A model generated the notes under the pieces. It had not been told where the DNA came from, did not search any database, and saw only the letters and a list, made by a program, of their open reading frames with translations. A stretch of 64,000 bases of DNA from Sphagnum compactum. Taxonomy: Eukaryota. The translations under genes were made by a program, and so were the position numbers. The stretch covers positions 13,010,213 to 13,074,212 of the forward strand of contig OZ234493.1 in assembly GCA_965153455.1 (NCBI GenBank), in the 5' to 3' direction. Below are positions 24,801 through 38,841 of the stretch, one piece after another; position 1 is the stretch's first letter; the number at the start of each line of letters is the position of its first letter.

Positions 24801-27252
24801 TGTAAATTGGAACACTATACTCATAATGTTCAAAGATATAGTGCTATTAATCATCCCATGTTTCCAAATTTTGTTGAAGCTACTAGGTGGGTTTCTAAAG
24901 TTGCCTCACATGTCCCACATCAAATGGAGGATCTAGAACAAAGAGCTGTAACACTAACTAAAAACTATTCCTACCATCACTAATCATGTTGTTAAAAATT
25001 GCTCATCATCATCATCATCATCAATTTGTTAAATCAAAAGTTTCAAGTACTTCAATGTTGAATTGTTCTCAGCTCTTCTTTGCTTTGAATCCCTTGCCAC
25101 CTGATTTCTTTGTCGGTTAACTGGGTTTTCGGTAGGCTTCCATAGTCCAAATTTTGGAAAATTGCTTGAAATAAGGTCATTGTTGATTAATCTCACATAC
25201 CTCCTACCTGTAATGTTGCGGGTTATTTGGACCTTAAAATGGGTTCATTCTTGATTAAATCTCACATACCTCCTACTTGTAAGTTTAGGGTTATTATGTC
25301 CTTAAAAGTTAAGATTAGTCCTAATTAATTTGACCTGCAATTGAAATCAGGATTGCATGATCATTACTATGTGGGTTGTTTATTTTTTGAGGCCTTCAGT
25401 TTGGGCTCTAAGTATAGGAAAGGATTTTGCATACCTGAATAATGTATGAAGTTAGTTTTCCATGTAGGATGAGGTTAACCCACCACCCACCATACCTCAT
25501 TGTCCCAATTTACCTCAGAGTTATCTGAAGTGAAATTTGGAACAGAAAACTAGAGCTATGTTGTTAATTTGTTATTTTTGAATTTAAGATTTCCTTGGAG
25601 TAATCCAAAGGTAATCCCTAAACCTTAAAAAATAGAGCAAATGATTTCAAATTCAGTTAAATTCTTGTCATAAGAGAAGAGTTTTTGTTAGAACCCTTTT
25701 TTTCCAATAACCAAAACTTCATGTGAATGAATGCAAAGGATTGATGATGTGATATGCTTTGGGTGTGATAGTCACTTCTTCTATCACCTCCAAACCCAAG
25801 TGAATTCAAAAGTGGAAAGACTTTTGTTGAAGGCTTTGTGACCTGCAAAAAGGACAGGATTATAGCAACAAAAAGCTTTGTATGAGTATGTACTAGTATT
25901 AATCTAGAAAAGTTGTTGTTTTGTGTGTCATTTTTCTCTACAATATCAAACTACAAAATGTGTTGGTAATCTTGTATTTTCTAAGAGACAAAAGAAAGTG
26001 GGAATTATTATGGTGGATTTGTTTTGCAAGACTTCATCAACTTGCTTATATTAACTCACACAAAATAATGCCTTTTGAGAAGATCTTGTTTCCCCCTTTC
26101 TCTTGTGTATCTAGATGATTTATTTTTGTGCACTCACAACTTTTCCTTTTTATTTCCTTTGTGGTAGTGTTTTTGTTTAGTTTTCTAAAATTGTAGATTT
26201 TGTAATGTAAGTTTCATAACTTGTTCAAATATGTAATTCAAATCAGAGACTTTTTTTTCTTTTTTTTGCCCTTTTCCTTTAAATTTTTGTTTTTTTCCCC
26301 TTCCCTCTTTGGAATTGTGAATCCCCCAGTTGCTTTCAAAAAAATAAAATTCTGATTGCATCACTCAAGGTGATTATAACTTCTCATTACAAGAAGTTAA
26401 AAATCAAGCAAAATTACCTTAATTTTTTCAATCCGGTATCATCAAAGAGAATTAAGAAGCAGAAATTTTTGTTTGGTTTTTTTTTTTCATAGAATTAATG
26501 AAATGATTTAACTCAAAAGTTTAGTTTAGGTATAAAATAAGAAAAAAATATTGTAATTGTGATTTTGTGGGTGCATCAAATTGAAGCAAGTGGTGACCAA
26601 AACTTTTCAAAGGAAAAATAAAAAAAAGAAAAAAAGAAAGGTTCATGACAATATTGCTTGTGAAATGATTAATTCAAGAGTTTAGATTAAAGATTAAATA
26701 ATATGAAAATCAAAATTATGGGATAGTAGGTGTATGACAAGAATGGTGTGAGTGAGGACAAGAAACTTTAAACACAAGAAACAAAAAATACCCAATTGTG
26801 AGTTGATTATGTTAAAAGAACCTTTAAGAAATAAACAAGAAAAAAAGAGAACTATCACCACATTGTGTTGGCTTTTAAAACAAGTAGGTACTAAAAGCTT
26901 CCTTTTTGTTTAGATTTTCCTCTCATCATTATACACTACAATTTGACACTTACACACATTGCCAAAAACATGAAAAGGTAGAAAGAAGTACAAATGGACA
27001 AGGGTTTTTATATTGAAGAAGAAATTGAGTGTTTGGATGTAGTGTGACCTTTGGTAGCACTAAAGGGTTTTTTTTGGTTTAATGTAAAGACACATCCTTT
27101 GGATGAAACCCCAAGCAAAGCAAACTTAGGAGTTGTGAGTGGCTCCCCCATTGGTTGTCAAAGGGACTTGTTGGAAGGTTACTACCTCTTGGGTGTGCCA
27201 ATTTGAGACTCCCCAATTTGATTTCACCCTCTCCCCCTTCCCCCTCTAATGA

Positions 27253-27593
27253 CCCATGAAGGTTGGCTATAGGGAACATCATGGGAACGCCTTGACGATG
27301 CCATCGTTCCCATGAAGGTTGGCTATAGGGAACATCATGGGAACGCTTGACAATGCCATCGTTCCCATGAAGGTTGGCTATAGGGAACATCATGGGAACG
27401 CCTTGACGATGCCATCATTCCCATGAAGGTTGGCTATAGGGAACATCATGGAAACGCCTTGACGATGCCATCGTTCCCATGAAGGTTGGCTATAGGGAAC
27501 ATCATGGGAACGCCTTGACGATGCCATCGTTCCCATGAAGGTTGGCTATAGGGAACATCATGGGAACGCCTTGACGATGCCATCGTTCCCATG
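27253..27593. repeat. 56-bp minisatellite, 6 near-identical units, each with an internal hairpin
   Basis: Unit CCCATGAAGGTTGGCTATAGGGAACATCATGGGAACGCCTTGACGATGCCATCGTT starts at 27253, 27309, 27364, 27420, 27476 and 27532. Confidence 0.97.
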
Positions 27594-27765
27594 TCACACA
27601 TGCACAAATCTCACATGCTCTAGAGAACCGTATTTTACTTAAAATGATTAAGTGACCCCCTGAGTGCACCATCCATTGGGAAAGTTGTTATGACTCGGCT
27701 GTGGATTAACTTTTATGATCCTTACAATGGATGTAGGCAACGAGGAGGTAAGGCGCTTGGTGGCT

Positions 27766-27815
27766 ACTAGGTAGGTAGGTAGGTAGGTAGGTGGATGGAT
27801 GGATGGATGGATGTG
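27766..27815. repeat. (TAGG)n(TGGA)n compound microsatellite
   Basis: About 6-7 TAGG followed by about 5 TGGA. Confidence 0.9.
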
Positions 27816-30800
27816 GGTGGTTTGTATATAGCTAGCCACTGTGATTGTTTAGCTATGGAAACGAAATACAATGAAAAAAGTGTTTTCTGTCCATACACCA
27901 TCCATCCAGCATAGTGTGCTGGTCCCTCTGGGCCCAACAATGTGCATTTTCACATATAAATATGTTTTTTTTTTTTTGGAATTAATTAAAAACCATGTAG
28001 AGTTATTCAAAAAAAAAATTAATGTTGATATTGTACATGTACATATAAATAGTGTATGTTTTAAATTTAAAATTCATAATATTTTGCAGGTATGTTAAAC
28101 TTAATAAAAAAAAATCAATAAAACATTGGGTTGGCTTTTGATGCATGCGCTCTTTGTGCCGTCAATTTAAGGCCTCTAGTAGTTAGGGTTTTGTTACAAT
28201 GATATTTTTTTACAAAATCCCTTTTACCCTTTACACTATTCAACACTTGCAAACCACATGGCATAGGCAAACCCATATACACAAGTTTTGACTCTTATCA
28301 AACACATGCAAAAAGGTCCCATAAAGGTTGTAGATCCACACACCTACATAGGACAAACATGTTCAAATTTTTTTTTAAAAATTTGTTTGGAAAGCAATCC
28401 ACATAGCATCCACTAACTTTGTCTATAGTTTTAGCCTCATGGCCCTAGGCATCATAGGATTCCCTTAGGCAAAGAGGGAAAATTATAAATAAGGATGTCA
28501 TGTAAGGTAGAGTATAGTGTGATCCATAGTAAGTAGTTGTGGTTGTTCATCCCTTTCTTAAAACATGATGTGGGATCAACTTCCTTGTATGAATAGGGAT
28601 GACCATGAGTTCATTCCTATTCACCCAAAATAATAATAATAATAAATTATTTTTTTTAAAAAAAAACCAAGCACAACTTTCAAACACAAGCAAACAAAGA
28701 ATGAAAAAAGTAAAGGAAAAGAAAGCAATAAACTCATAAAGAGCTAGAAGCTCTATGCCTAGTGCCTATAGTGCTCTTGTGCATGTTGCTCCACTTGACT
28801 TGTTGTTAACAAGTTTGTCATTGCCCCTTCCTCCTCCCCAAACATAAAGACTAAGCATGTTTGCCATGCAAGCAAAAAAAATTAAAAGTAAAAATTAAAA
28901 GAAAGAACTCTAGTGAGTTTAGTTAATCTAACTTTACTTGGCTTGTTGTCAACATGGTTTCATGCTTCCCCCTTGCAACCCCCCCCCCCCCAAAGATTGT
29001 GAGTTCATATTTGTTTAGCAACATTTTTGGCCTTGGCTAATGAATGATAATGGTGTGAATTCTAGAGCTATTGTAAACCTTTGCCAAAAATTTTCATAAC
29101 TCCCTTGATCACATTCCCCGAGGTTCCCCGAGGTGATGGAAAGAACATATGTTGACTACCAAGACAAGGGCTCCCTTGTCCCCTCCACATTGCAAATGCC
29201 CCTAGAATTTGTAGGATGGAGTTATAACTATGGACAATGGCCACATGTGATAATAATTTACCCTTCAAATGTTGCAAAGCTTAAAGCATTTTTAAAAATT
29301 GAAAATGGATTAAAAATTAGTGAAAGTAATTTTTTTAAAAACAAATATAGGAATACACATTTCCAATATAATACAAGGTGAAAATTACAAACCTTTGCAA
29401 ATCATGTCCAAATCCAAATTATCTTTAATTGCATAATGTTTAAATAAGGACCGATTGCTAGCAACACATAGCTTTAAAGAAGAAAAGTTCAATAAAGTTA
29501 TTTGCAAAGTTGTCATAACTAGGTAGTAAGTTGGCCAACTACAACAAAACAAGGGATCAATGCACAAATTTTGGATCTAAAATTACACTTCATGCCAAAT
29601 TGGTGGCGAAACCCAAATTTCTTCAAAAATAGGGCCAATGGAGTTTGTCATCAAATTTCGACTTTCCAAATGTGTGAAGTTCTACAATGCAAGTTTTGGA
29701 AGTGCAACGCAAAGCTCTACATCACAAGAGTTTTTTTTGTTATAAGACTTGTTTACTTGGAGGTTTCGAATGAAAGGGGGTTCAAACTTCACCAATTGAA
29801 CGTGCATGAGATGTGATTGCGAGCACAACTAAGCCATAGAGTTCATCAAATTCTATGCAAATAAAGTTTGTCAAAGACTTAAAGTGGTGTTACTTTCATT
29901 GTACCCAAGACATCACGAACACTAACATCCAAATCAACAAAATGTTGGCCTTCATCTTGCACCTCATTGGAATTAAATAGGTTTACCATCATGGTAAATG
30001 TGAATGCATGTTATAACAAAATGTGAACTCAATGTCCATGTTGTCATTTGCACTAGAGTCTAAGCTAGAACTACTAAAGGAAAAAGATTTCATCTACAAA
30101 GAGTGGTGGAAAGGGATGCAAGCACTAGGTAAGTTTATACCAACATCCATGTATTTCAATTCCATGATTGTAGATGGTTTGAAATGCTTGCAAGGGTCTA
30201 CAACAAGTCTCAAGTGCATTCAATTTTATTGGCAAATGATTGATTTATCATTCTTGTAGATTATTGGAAAGAAGCAAGTGAACACAAAATGAGATGTATG
30301 TAATCTCAAAATGTAAGGCAAGGTTGATCAATTTGCATCTCAAGATAAGTATGTATGTAAACACAAAGTGACCCAAACCATGTAGACAATTGTTGCATTA
30401 TGCATGTTGCCAAAGTCTTGGCACCATGATACAAATTTTGATTATATGGTGTATGGAAGGTTTTTTTTGGGGCAAGTTTGAGTTGTTGGAAAGATCCATA
30501 AATGAATAAATTGAAATGCACCTGGTTTTTAGGACATGCAAAAGACCCTAAACTAAGTGCTAGATTTTATTATAGAAAAATAAGAACTTCTAAAGAATCT
30601 TGGGTTGCCAATTTTGAAGATAGGCAACATGGATTTATATATTAATGTTACATGTAGAATACAAGAAAGTTTTATCAAATCTTGAGGTGATAGAAACTAT
30701 TGTAACAATTTGGGATGTTCAAGATGTGGTATAGGATTGATTTGCTAGAGGCTTTTAGAAAGATGTAAAAGCTTCAAAAAAACCTTGCAATTATTTTTAT

Positions 30801-33800
30801 TATGAACTTGTGCTACTAGGAATAAGCAATTGCATGATGAGCTTCCAAGCATTTGATCAAAAAATGCATGATTGCAACAAAATTGGGTACTTCAATGATA
30901 AATTTGATGTAGATGAAAAACAATGGGACTAGGAGATGAGGGAATGTTGCTCATGTTGCTAAAGATGGGTTGTTGAGGGCATTCAATGCAAATGATGTTA
31001 AAGATGAAGTAGTGTGGGAGGCAAGCTTCGAAATTCAATCAATTGACACAAATTCATGAGTTTTATCAACACAAAAGGCGATGCAATCTTTGCAAAAATA
31101 CAAAACTATGCAAGGAGGTAATGCAATCATTGCAAAAATAAATAACTAAGTAAGGGAGTTAATGCCTCTAATGGGCTATTGTGGGAAACGACCACAATTT
31201 GGGTAAAGTTATGGTGGCACAATTTTGTGTCAACTTTAGTTTCCTACATCCAAACCCCAATTGTTGAGACTTTGTAATTTTATTCAAACTAGGAACAACT
31301 AGGGAATATGGGGTATGAAATTGGGTGGCACATCATGAATACCTTTAATATGTTGATGATTTCAAAATGGTTGTTTTTCATCTAGTTTTTGAAAATGTAC
31401 AAAATGCAAGTTCTCAATGAAAGCATGTAAACATTTTGTCTATGTAAGAAGATTTTGTAGATACCTTAAAAAACATAACTTCCTTTAGCATTCAAGGCAC
31501 CTTAGAAAACATAAGCTACATGTTAACCTTTGAGGTAGCTTACAACTTTCTGCTTACAAGGTGCATTGAGGGTGATAAATTCAAATAATATTAGTTTTCA
31601 TTAATAAAATGGAAGGATAGTTGAAATAAGGGGTTACATGTTGTTTTCAAGCTTGGGAACTTGGGTCATTGCCCTTAGACACCATGCCTTCAAACAACAT
31701 ATTCCCCCCTTTCAACCAATGTTTGCAAGTTCTTTGATTGGGCATGGTAGACTTGGTAGTTTTGTGATGGTGCAACAAGGTGTGTGCAACCTAGAAGGGA
31801 CTAATTTTGACATTTGAGAACTCCTCCAAAATACATATTCCCAAAATCATTTTCCTGAAAAGATTATACAATATTTTTGGCCAAGAAATAATAACCATTA
31901 GACTAAATTATCCTTTTAGATCTAGGCCATTTAACTCACATTACTGGTCCTAACAGATATGGAGTGGGCAATAAAAAAATTGCACTTGTAAATGCCATTT
32001 GAACTTCATTTTGAAATTCTTCATGATTCCAATGTTTGTTAGTTGCACGCTAGCCTAATAACTTGTTTTGTTTTATCATGTTTTCTTATGTGCCAACTAG
32101 TTTCCTTACTAATGTTCTTTGATTCCTATGTGCTCATCAACATAGTTACTCTGGACACATTTACTCATAATGTATGCATTGAAAGAGTATAATAGAGGAA
32201 ATCATGGCATCACAAGTACCCAATAATAATAGTGGGAAATCAAATTTATTAAAAAATGGTAAAATTAGAAGGAAATCATTAGGGTTGCTGTTAGGTTTTG
32301 CACAAGTTTAGTGTATGCAGTGATTTTGAAGTTTGAAGATGGCAATCTTATGAACCATTTGGATTTTGCACAAAATTATGGGCTTTTGTTTAAGGGAATT
32401 AGTTTAAAGGCCATGAAAGTTCCTAGACAAATTAGCTTGGAAGAGGTTTCAAACATCTTTAGGCTAATCATCAACAAAAATAACAATAATTACACATTCC
32501 AAAAGACCAAAAATATATTTACATGTTTCCAAAAGACCCGAAGTACATAGAAAAGATTGAGTTTTTGTGAATGATCATACACTACAAGCCCTACCTTCCT
32601 ATGTCAAGATTGATTTCATTGGGCAAGACCATAGGGTTAACTTGTGAGAAACTAGGGTGAACGATGAATTGGGCATTATATGGTGAATGGGCAAACTAGG
32701 AATAATAGAGGGGAAGGAGCAAAGAACGCCAAGTTGTAAAGCAAGCAAAACAAATGGAGTTCTTAAATTCATATGACAAAAAAGTCAGTCAAGTTGATTT
32801 CAAGGGTGGCACCATTGTTGTAGATGGCAATGTTGATGCTACAAATGGTGTCCTAATGAAAGACAAGCTCCAGGTGTCAAAGATTTTAAGTTCGATCCAA
32901 ATATGCATAGTTTTAGGCTTAGGGTTACAACCACCAAATGAATAAACTTAAAACAATATCTTACACACACAAAAAGAAGGTTATCAAATACAAAGGCAAA
33001 GTTGGAGCTTACTAACATAAGGCAAAAAAATGTTAATTCTTGTGTTTCAAAAGCTCTAGATTAGGTTCAAGGTCATGTTGCTCTTGTTGAAGATGCATAA
33101 TAGAGCTTTGATGACTTAATGATCAATCTAGAAAATACAAGTGCCAAGGACAAAGAAAACATTTAGGTTGACATCGTGTCACAAAAATGTATACTTAGCA
33201 AGCTCTTGGTAAATGTTAAGTGCATTTCATAAAAGGTAAGTAACTTTTTATAGGCAAAAATGGTAGTTAAGTATTTGTATGGTTTAGAAGATTAAGTTAT
33301 CACTTGCAAATGACACCATATAGTGGCAGAAATGCTTTTACAAAAACTCAAAAAAGGCTTGATTAGAAATTCGTATATTCCATTGCACCATCAAATTTTG
33401 TTGAAGATAAATGACTATAATGTGCCAACTTGTATATGGGTAAAGAATTATTTTTTGGGTCATGTAGGGTTGTAATCATTATGGGTAAGATAGATTGCTT
33501 CCTTCAAACATGTATACCATGAATGGTGTGCACATGTAAATCCATGAAGTGTATTGCCATGTTGTGTTATGAAGAAATGCATGAAGGGTGGTGGAATATT
33601 AACATTTTCAAACCTAGAACTAAACCCCAACCTTCATCTCAACAATGACATCAATTTTTAAGGATATTATAAGGGAATTCATAAGGTATATATTTTTATC
33701 AATACGGCCACCAATAGAAAAACCCATATTTGTGACTTTGATTTGCAATTAAAATTTAGTTGTAAATGATTTTTATAATTAAGTTTTTCTTAGTTGCATA

Positions 33801-34119
33801 AGTTTAGTCACACCCAACATGTAATTGCAAATGTGATATAAACATGACATCAACACAATGCACATGGATGAGGTATATGGTCATTGTATACTTTGATTGT
33901 ATAATTTTTTGCAATTAGTTACCACAATGTGCAACACCAATTACACATTGCCATGTGACATAATTTGTGCATTTCCAATAATAATGATAATAATAAAAAA
34001 AAATTTCATAATGATTGTTCATGTTAGATGGTCTTATATTGTGACACATGGCACAATTAAAAGTTGCCACATGGCATATCAATTGAATTTTGGAAAAATA
34101 AAAATAAAATAAATATCTA

Positions 34120-35300
34120 TTTAAGTAGTTAGGTAGGTCAATACATAAGCCTAGGTAGGTAGGTTGATAGGTCTTACTTACCTGCTTAAGTAAAAATTAA
34201 ATAAGTAGATATAACTAGGTACCGAAGGCATACCTACCTATTTATGTAAGTAAGTATGTATATAGGGCCCACCTACATTACATACCTACTTACCTAATTA
34301 CCTACCTAGGTAAAAAAATAGGACCTACTTACTTACTTAGGTAGGCAAGTAGATAACAAGGTAAAAGGGTAGGTGAATTAAGAAGTACTTATGTAAATAT
34401 TTGTATTTTTATTTCATGTTTTTCCTTTAGGGTTAATTTTTTGTGAGTTCATCCCAAATTGGAACTTGTATTTTAGTGTGAAAACACAAGAACATACAAC
34501 TTCTTTATATAGTTTGTGAGATGGGTTTCAAAGAAAAAAATATGGGTTTGCAACTAGAAAAATAGAATAAAATCCCAATCACCTTAATTTAATAAAAATT
34601 ATGCCACTAAATATGTAATTATCAAATATTTTTATATGTGAATTAATTTTGTGAAATAATTATCTGAACTGATGATTTCAATTATCTATTTTAATTAATT
34701 TGTTTAATTCTGATAATTAAATCATGGTCTTAATTATCTTAAATTATTATCTGATAATTATTTTTAGATTAATTATCTGATAATTAGTAATCTGGATTGA
34801 TTATTTAATCAGTCTAATTCAGATAATTTTTTGGATAATTAATTTAGATAATTACTTATCAGATAATTAATGATTTGAATTTAGATAAAATAAAGACAAC
34901 TAGTTATCATATAATTGATTATCTAAATTAATTAGAATTTATCTAATTTGTTAGTTAACTACACCAGAATATTAATCATTTATTACCTGAGCTTTTCTTT
35001 TATTATTTATTTTTTGAATTCAGATAATTAATTATCTGATTTTAATAATCCTAATTAATTATTTGAATTAACTAATGAACTACATTTCTGAATGAAACTG
35101 ATGAATTCAGATTTATAGTTAATTATTCAGTCTAATTGATTAATTCATATTATTTAGGTAAAATTAAATTTTAATTAATAGTTATTAGTTAGTAGGAATT
35201 TGAAAAATAATTCATGATTATCTATTAGATTAATTAATTAAAAATAATTAAGTTAATACTATATTAAATAATTTTTAATTAACGAACATTAATTGTTTCA
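34120..35300. repeat. Very AT-rich block of dispersed short motifs in both orientations
   Basis: TAGGTAGG/CCTACCTA cluster at 34120-34380, then many TTATCTGA/TCAGATAA-like motifs at 34620-35230. Confidence 0.7.
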
Positions 35301-36129
35301 TAGTTTATACTAGTCAACTAGTTGTTGATAATAATTCATTAAAGTAAATTTTTTTCTACAATGATTATATCATATTAATATGACATTGCCACTATAATTT
35401 AAACATACCCTAAAAGACATGATATGTTTTTAAACAAACCATATTCAATCAAAATGAAAATTTCTTATTCTAATATGCCCATAATATGAGACTATATATG
35501 TTTAATATACCGTGAATACAATCTAAATGCCTTAATGTACCATGAATGCAAGTTAAATATGTTTAAGATGTGCTTAATATACATTGAATACAAGCTAAAT
35601 ATATTCTTAATGAAGATTTTTTTAACTTGGTGCAAAGGTCTTATGCAAAGGAGAATTAATAATCATTGCAAAATTATCACCCATGTCAATGGTTGTAACT
35701 AATGTACCACAATCAACTATATAATAAGCTTTCCACTCCACTCAAGGAGTATGGCCTCCAAGATGGATTTGTCTATTGGTTGTGGTTGCTTGAGAGTCCA
35801 TTAGCTAATCCATTTGATATTTTCATAATCTTGAAATCAATAATCCAAACAAAAAGAACAAGAACATGCAAAATCTTTGGCCATTGACTCATGGGTTAGG
35901 TTGTGCTCGTTTGTTGCACAAATAAAGTGTAATTGTCCATTTTATCTAGTTGCAATTGAAAAATGAGTTTGAACAAATCACATTTTCAGATTTCACAAAC
36001 AAATATATATTATTAACAATTTTTAAATGCCTAAATAAGATTTTTTAGTCTATCAAATAGATGATTATGTAAAAATGTCATTACTTTTTCAACGTTTTGA
36101 AGTTTTTCACCATGAGCATTGAATTGCCC

Positions 36130-37050
36130 CCTTCATGAGAACCAATTGAAAACATCTTCTACAACATCACAAGAACCTTTGCCATGCCCACTTTTAAAGG
36201 AAGACCAAATCATTTTACAATTGCTAATAAGATTAAAATATTTAGTTCCAAAGGTTTTGAATTTTTGGATTGCCTTGCACAATTGTTTGACCACACAACA
36301 TGCCATTGTGGCATATACCCACCTTCTATGCATGTGGTCCCAATGCAACTTATAACAATGTTGAACAAATTGAGAATGATGTCTCTTATCATCAAAAAAA
36401 AAAGCAAATGTGAATCCTCTTCATAAAGGTCCACATTAGGGTTATGCCAAAATGTAATGTGCATAAAAATACTAATTTGATAGGTGTGCCAATGCATTGA
36501 TTGCACTTCATTTTGCACCTCAAAGTTATAATTTTTAGCAAAATCAACAATGGAGATAATAGTGCCAATACAAAAGGACCTAATACAAGTTTTCGATAAT
36601 TTTTGTCTTGCCAATGAGCTCAAAAACTAGTTACAACTTAGGCTTCATGAAATCAACCAACTCATCAATTGTTATTTGTTTGTAAATGAGGGTTAAATTT
36701 TTGTGGGGTCTTTTAGCTTAGGACATTGTGGTTTCCAATGCAAACGTTCTCCTTGACTAATTGAGAACTAGACCCATTGTTCTCTATTGGGTAGAATGGG
36801 AAAATATTTACCCCAATTTTTTCACATTGACCAAAAGGACATTGCTTTACATGTCATTCTTGCATGTCAATTTTGGGACACACAATGCTTTCCCACAAGT
36901 CAATTAACCTTGTGTAAATTATAAAAAATGTGCCACATATTTTATTGGGATCAAAACAAAATTTAAACTTGTGTTGGAAATCACAAGTCCCTTTGTCATG
37001 TAGCCTTGAGGTTGCCCTCATGTTATTCAAGGCAATGCAAAGTTTGTCCA
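36130..37050 (-). mobile_element. Decayed DDD-type DNA transposase, Sola2-like
   Basis: SIVDFAKNYNFEVQNEVQSMHW..Q, HVVWSNNCARQ..K and FKSGHGKGSCD read across shifted frames. The DF(A/S)ENY..QSxHW / SD..QFK / HGK..CD pattern is the one I associate with Sola2-type transposases (from memory, not searched). Confidence 0.65.
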
Positions 37051-38069
37051 TTTAAACATGGTAGATGCAATAACATGTTTTGTGTTCTTTCATTCCTTGA
37101 CAAAAAATTGTCAAAGGCTTCCAAACGTCTTTTCAACTATGACTACGTTAGGGTGGCTTGTTTGAATCTTGCAAAAAATATTAATTATAAAAGACACCAT
37201 ATAGTCTATATTAGTACACAAAACAAACCTAACAATACATCAATAATCACAATGCAAGGTTTTATAATCCAACACAATCCTTAATTTGGATTTGGGATTC
37301 CATAAAAACCATGAAAAACATTGAATTGTAAAACTTGTAATACAACAATGCATTGGTATTACGTAAGATTGCATAGATAATTCATCATACTCCTTTGAAA
37401 GCAAACAAAATTACATTAAGGACCCATAAAGTGACATAAAACTATGCAAGAGATTTTAAAAATCACACACATGTACTTTAAGGTCCATTAAAAGGACATT
37501 AAATTATTCCAAAATTCTTTAGGATCACACAAAATTATAGTAAAGTCCTTTAAGAACACAGATAAGTACATCAAAGTCCCTTCTAGTACATGATAATTTT
37601 TGATGGCAAACCACAAGTGCATTTCTTTACCTAATGAATACATCATAACTTCACATAATTTACAAAATAATACATACATTACAAGCCCATGATCCAATAC
37701 TTCCCTAGCTTGGAAATATGAGCTTGAAATCATGGTCAATGTAACCAAATCAAAGATAATTGACAATTTTATTTTCTTTTGCATTTGTAAGTGAAAGGGA
37801 TGACGAATGTAGGACTACAATTTCTAAAGCATGAAATAAAAAAAAGAAAAAGAAATTCAACATGAAAATTAATCTACTGATTATTCTAGTAGTACACAAT
37901 TTTTAAAAAACTTGACTTAATGTTTGTACAATTGAATTGAAACAACATGCACATAACCACTATAGTGTAAAATTGAATGGAAATGTAAGGATGTGGGAGT
38001 ACATGTGTTTCTAACAAATAATGCATAGGCTTTTTATCATATATTCTTACCTCTTAACATAATGCTTAG

Positions 38070-38560
38070 TAGGTTTGTCACTTGTTGAAGTATTCATTAA
38101 CCGAGGTACATAATTTTGTGAGGAATTTCAAAAGTTGTGCGAGAAAATGCTTATTGATTATCAAACAACTTCACAAGACCATTGTGAAGTAGACAAATCA
38201 GCTAAACAAATGGTGAAGATAGTGAAATGAAAGTTGTGTAAATATGGGCTTCAAAAGGATCATATTAGAAATTGGGACTTGTAATTACCATGGTTAGCTA
38301 TGGGGTATAGGTTTAATCAATAGGCTTTTTTTACATCATTCTCACCATGCTTCTTACTATTTGGTCATGACCCCAACCTTCTAGCCTCAATCCATCAAGA
38401 TATGATGACAATAATTAACTAATTGGACAATCCAAATGTGTGGCTTCAAGCATGTGAGTAATGAACAACTTTGTTTCAATGTGTAATGTTGATGGCTATG
38501 GAGAATATGGCAATTGTTCAACATTGCTTTACACTCTATTATGCCATAATGGGGGGGGTG
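38070..38560 (+). mobile_element. Decayed LTR-retrotransposon integrase (rve core, Gypsy-like) fragment
   Basis: RGT*FCEEFQKLCEKMLIDYQTTS..KQMVKIVK*KLCKY..NWDL*LPWLAMGYRF..FSPCFLLFGHDP..AMENMAIVQH. Confidence 0.75.
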
Positions 38561-38841
38561 GTTATTGGCATGTGCTTCCTTGGTGGCCACCATGTCACTT
38601 TTACAGAAGAATTTGAATGCTTCAAATGCTTTATGTTCAATTTTGATTTCTCTACAATTCAAAATTAATTAAATACATGTTAATACCCCCACTCCATAGC
38701 ATAGACCTATCTACTACCAACCTCCCACCTATCTATTTCTTTCTTGGAAACTCATTAGACAAGTACGTTGAACATAAGTAGGAGTTGATTGATTTTTTTA
38801 TGCCTAAAATGATTTGTGGTTTAGGGTTTAGGGTTTAGGGT

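Noticed and set aside
27253-27593. CRISPR-like array of palindromic repeats
   Set aside because: The intervening sequences are identical rather than unique spacers, there are no cas genes, and the context is eukaryotic. It is a minisatellite.
28125-28185. Possible Helitron 3' end (weak hairpin plus CTAG)
   Set aside because: The hairpin is weak and I could not identify a 5' TC end or Rep/Hel remnant.
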